DNA from: an uncultured Verrucomicrobiae bacterium
Lineage (GTDB): Bacteria; Verrucomicrobiota; Verrucomicrobiia; Limisphaerales; Palsa-1400
DNA: 64,000 nucleotides
Direction of reading: 5' to 3'
Assembly: GCA_963702845.1 (NCBI GenBank)
Contig: OY969763.1
Location: 480,001-544,000, forward strand
Shown here: positions 61,445 through 64,000 of the stretch, piece by piece
Numbering within the stretch: position 1 is the first letter of the stretch
Layout: each line of letters starts with the position of its first letter
Notes under the pieces: model-generated
The model's database searches: none
Told to the model about the DNA's origin: nothing
The model's input: only the letters and a program-made list of their open reading frames with translations
Position numbers and translations under genes: made by a program

Positions 61445-64000
61445 CTATTTCGCGCTCAGATAGGCGATTAAATCGGCCATCGCCTGATGGCTTAAAGCTT
61501 TTTCCAATCCTTCTGGCATCAGGGATAATCCAGAGCTGGTCAGCGATACGAGGTCGGTGCGAAGGACGGCTTCTTCGGTCCCGCCGGAGCTTTTAATTGT
61601 AATGCTGGTTGGGGTTTCGGCGGCGATGACGCCGGTCAGTTCGCGATCATTTTTCGTAACAGCCGTGTAGCTGAGATACCGTGACTCGATCGCCTGATTG
61701 GGATCCAGAATCGCCACGAGCAATGTCTGCACGGATTTGTTGCCGAGTGCGCCGAGGTCAGGACCAACCGCTTTGCCTTGCCCTTTGAAAAAATGGCAGG
61801 TGATGCAGTTTTGTTTAAACAAGTTAGCACCACGCTTTGCGTCACCTTTCAGAGACGCGACGTCCTGATAGTCCTCCACCAATTTTTTGCGGTTCGGATT
61901 TGCAGAGGCAAAGATTTTTTTCGCCCGTGAAATTACTGTAGGTTGAACGTGCGTAAGCAATTTCTGTTGGAAGGCCGGCGCGATCTGGCCGGGAGGAATC
62001 GAACCCTTCTCAAGTCGATCGAGCAATTGCTTGGTCCATCCGAGTCGCGACAGAATTGCGTTCATGATTTCGACACGTGTTTCGGGCAGATAACTTTTCC
62101 ACCCATCCAACATAACGTCGGCGGTGAGAGGGATGCGACTGCGTCGGAGTGTAGCGAGTGCAATTTTTCGGGAGCCAGGAGCGCTCGTGCCGCTTAGAAA
62201 TGAGCCAAGCAGTTTGACATCATCGCTCTGCGCCGAGAGCCCGCGGCCGAAGAGACGCAAGGCTGCCGTTTGATCCGCTTTATGTGAGGCCGGATTGCTG
62301 GCGATCAACCGCGCCTCGGCAAATAACGGCTCCAAACGCTCTGTCGTCATCTTGAGACTTGCTGGCGCGGACTCGTGAAACTTCTTCAACGAAATATTGC
62401 GGCGATCCAATGCATCGAGAAAACCCGCCAGCGCGGAAATCTGCCACGTTTCGATTTTGCCATTCACTGGTTGTGCGATTTTCACCAGCGCGGTTTCGAA
62501 TGCTTTCGAATCGTCCATGGCCGTGGCGAGGCCAACAAGTTGTTCGACGACGTTGCCTGGCGGTTTCGGCGCAGATAAAACCGTCGCCAGCATCTCTCCG
62601 ACGTGATTGGTCGCTGAACTCATCACTGCGATTTGGATTGGCTCGGATTTCGCATTGCGCAGGGCGATTTTTGCCAGGGCTTCTCCAGCGCGCGGGTTAC
62701 TTGAGTAGCCGAGCGCAAACGCAACCTGGTAGCGAACGCGTATGCTGGGATCATCGGCCAAGGCTAGCAGCGCCGTTTCCAATTCCTTGTTCGGCGCACC
62801 CGCGTTTTCGATTAGAAACGAATCACACATGTGTGCAGCATGTTCGCGTATCGATGCGTACGGGTCTTTTAACGCGGCGGTCACAATCGTTGGGCTTAGC
62901 GCATGGAGTGCGCGCAATGTGTAGAGCGTGTGAACGCGACCGCGCGTCGGCGCTTTTCCCACTCGACGCGTGATGCCGTTCCAGAACTCAGCTTGCTGAC
63001 TTTGGATAAACTGCTTTTCGAGCAACTTAACGACGTTCGTATTCGCGCGCTCGGTCAACAAACGTTGCGCCGTGTCGCGCTGCCAGCCGTTCGGCGACTC
63101 CAGTTCGGCGCACAATTCAGCGTCCATCATTTTCTCCATGTTTGGAATGGGACGCAGTTTCGCTTTCACGGGATAGACGCGGTAAATGCGGCCTTTGTCG
63201 GCGCCAGCCCGCAAATCGTACTGCTTCTGAATTACGGACGGAATCCATTCCGGATGTTCGATGACGAGCCGATACATGTCGGCGACGTAGAGCGCGCCGT
63301 CGGGACCGGTCTTTATTTGCGTGGGTCGAAACCAATTGTCGCGCGACGTTAAAAATTCGCGATGAAGTTCGGTTTTCGCGCGGTGACTTTTGAACGTAAC
63401 GCCATCGGCTTCGAGTTCCTCGCGGTGAACGAGATTATGAACCGGTTCGCTGATAAATACGCTATGTGGGAAGTCTGGCCCGAACAGTTCATCGCGGTAC
63501 GGCGTCGGACTATTGCCTGACGTGAGATGATTCGCGCCGTTCGGATCGTTGAAGCGTTGCAGCGTTTTGCTCGTTGGATAAACGCGTGTGCCGTTGGTGT
63601 ATTTCGCCAGTAGTTGATACGTCTGGCTGACGGATAAGTGCGGATTGCGCGTGAGATATTCGATCGGCAGGAAATAGTGCCACAGCATTGTCGCGTTGTT
63701 GTTGCCAAACCAATTGCCCCAGTCATCGCGGTGGCGTCCGAATTGTGTTTCGCCTGCTTGCGTTTCGAACTCGCCCATATCCGGATTTAAACGAAAATCG
63801 CGGCCGCCGATGTCGACTCCCTTTGGTAAATCATCAACTGATTTTTGAAGTCCGCCAATACTGCTAATGGATCCACCGCTGTCGCCGTTTGCCCCATAGA
63901 GCCAGCCATCCAAACCGTAATCGAAACCATTGGCGCGATGTTGTTGATTACCTTCGTTGAAACCAGTGAAGAGCGTCTTGCGAACGTCAGCTTCGCCGTC
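61445..64000 (-). CDS. PVC-type membrane-bound dehydrogenase / heme-binding CxxCH protein (5' truncated by window)
   Basis: NQQHRANG, DDWGNWF, FRP, GPDGALYVADMYR, HEAT repeats, CITCH, GPDL and SLMPEG. Confidence 0.9.
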   Translation of the reverse strand, partial: DGEADVRKTLFTGFNEGNQQHRANGFDYGLDGWLYGANGDSGGSISSIGGLQKSVDDLPKGVDIGGRDFRLNPDMGEFETQAGETQFGRHRDDWGNWFGNNNATMLWHYFLPIEYLTRNPHLSVSQTYQLLAKYTNGTRVYPTSKTLQRFNDPNGANHLTSGNSPTPYRDELFGPDFPHSVFISEPVHNLVHREELEADGVTFKSHRAKTELHREFLTSRDNWFRPTQIKTGPDGALYVADMYRLVIEHPEWIPSVIQKQYDLRAGADKGRIYRVYPVKAKLRPIPNMEKMMDAELCAELESPNGWQRDTAQRLLTERANTNVVKLLEKQFIQSQQAEFWNGITRRVGKAPTRGRVHTLYTLRALHALSPTIVTAALKDPYASIREHAAHMCDSFLIENAGAPNKELETALLALADDPSIRVRYQVAFALGYSSNPRAGEALAKIALRNAKSEPIQIAVMSSATNHVGEMLATVLSAPKPPGNVVEQLVGLATAMDDSKAFETALVKIAQPVNGKIETWQISALAGFLDALDRRNISLKKFHESAPASLKMTTERLEPLFAEARLIASNPASHKADQTAALRLFGRGLSAQSDDVKLLGSFLSGTSAPGSRKIALATLRRSRIPLTADVMLDGWKSYLPETRVEIMNAILSRLGWTKQLLDRLEKGSIPPGQIAPAFQQKLLTHVQPTVISRAKKIFASANPNRKKLVEDYQDVASLKGDAKRGANLFKQNCITCHFFKGQGKAVGPDLGALGNKSVQTLLVAILDPNQAIESRYLSYTAVTKNDRELTGVIAAETPTSITIKSSGGTEEAVLRTDLVSLTSSGLSLMPEGLEKALSHQAMADLIAYLSAK

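Overview
This is a chromosomal window of roughly mid-50s % GC (estimated by eye). It most likely comes from a Verrucomicrobiota subdivision-3 bacterium (Pedosphaera/Limisphaera-like), inferred from a VPDSG-CTERM protein, two PVC-type CxxCH heme proteins, a DUF1080 domain and Tat-exported Gfo/Idh/MocA enzymes. Housekeeping genes (xerC, aroE, pilD, aroC, leuB, two dus genes, rpsT) are interspersed with many exported or surface proteins (GH9, GH25, sulfatase, beta-helix protein, PQQ propeller, phosphodiester glycosidase-FN3-LamG, C39 peptidase) and an IorAB-type molybdo-enzyme pair. I saw no rRNA, tRNA, CRISPR array or intact transposase. The most system-like locus is 25.3-30.4 kb. It holds a rhombosortase, a VIT-vWA protein with a GlyGly-CTERM tail, a 24-bp palindrome between them, and a divergent sigma54 activator with an unrecognised input domain. 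Next to it lies an unannotated 54-aa signal-peptide + VPDSG-CTERM protein with almost no cargo, preceded by a sigma54-type promoter. Other unexplained signals are a shared C-terminal module and a Thr-Asn bias in secreted proteins, 21-bp and 10-bp periodic arrays in a decaying 33-44 kb zone, a 19-bp direct repeat flanking the sulfatase, two tandem paralog pairs, and many apparently leaderless genes. Five single-base frameshifts, one of them in dusB, suggest uncorrected sequencing errors. All calls come from reading motifs by eye; no searches were run.
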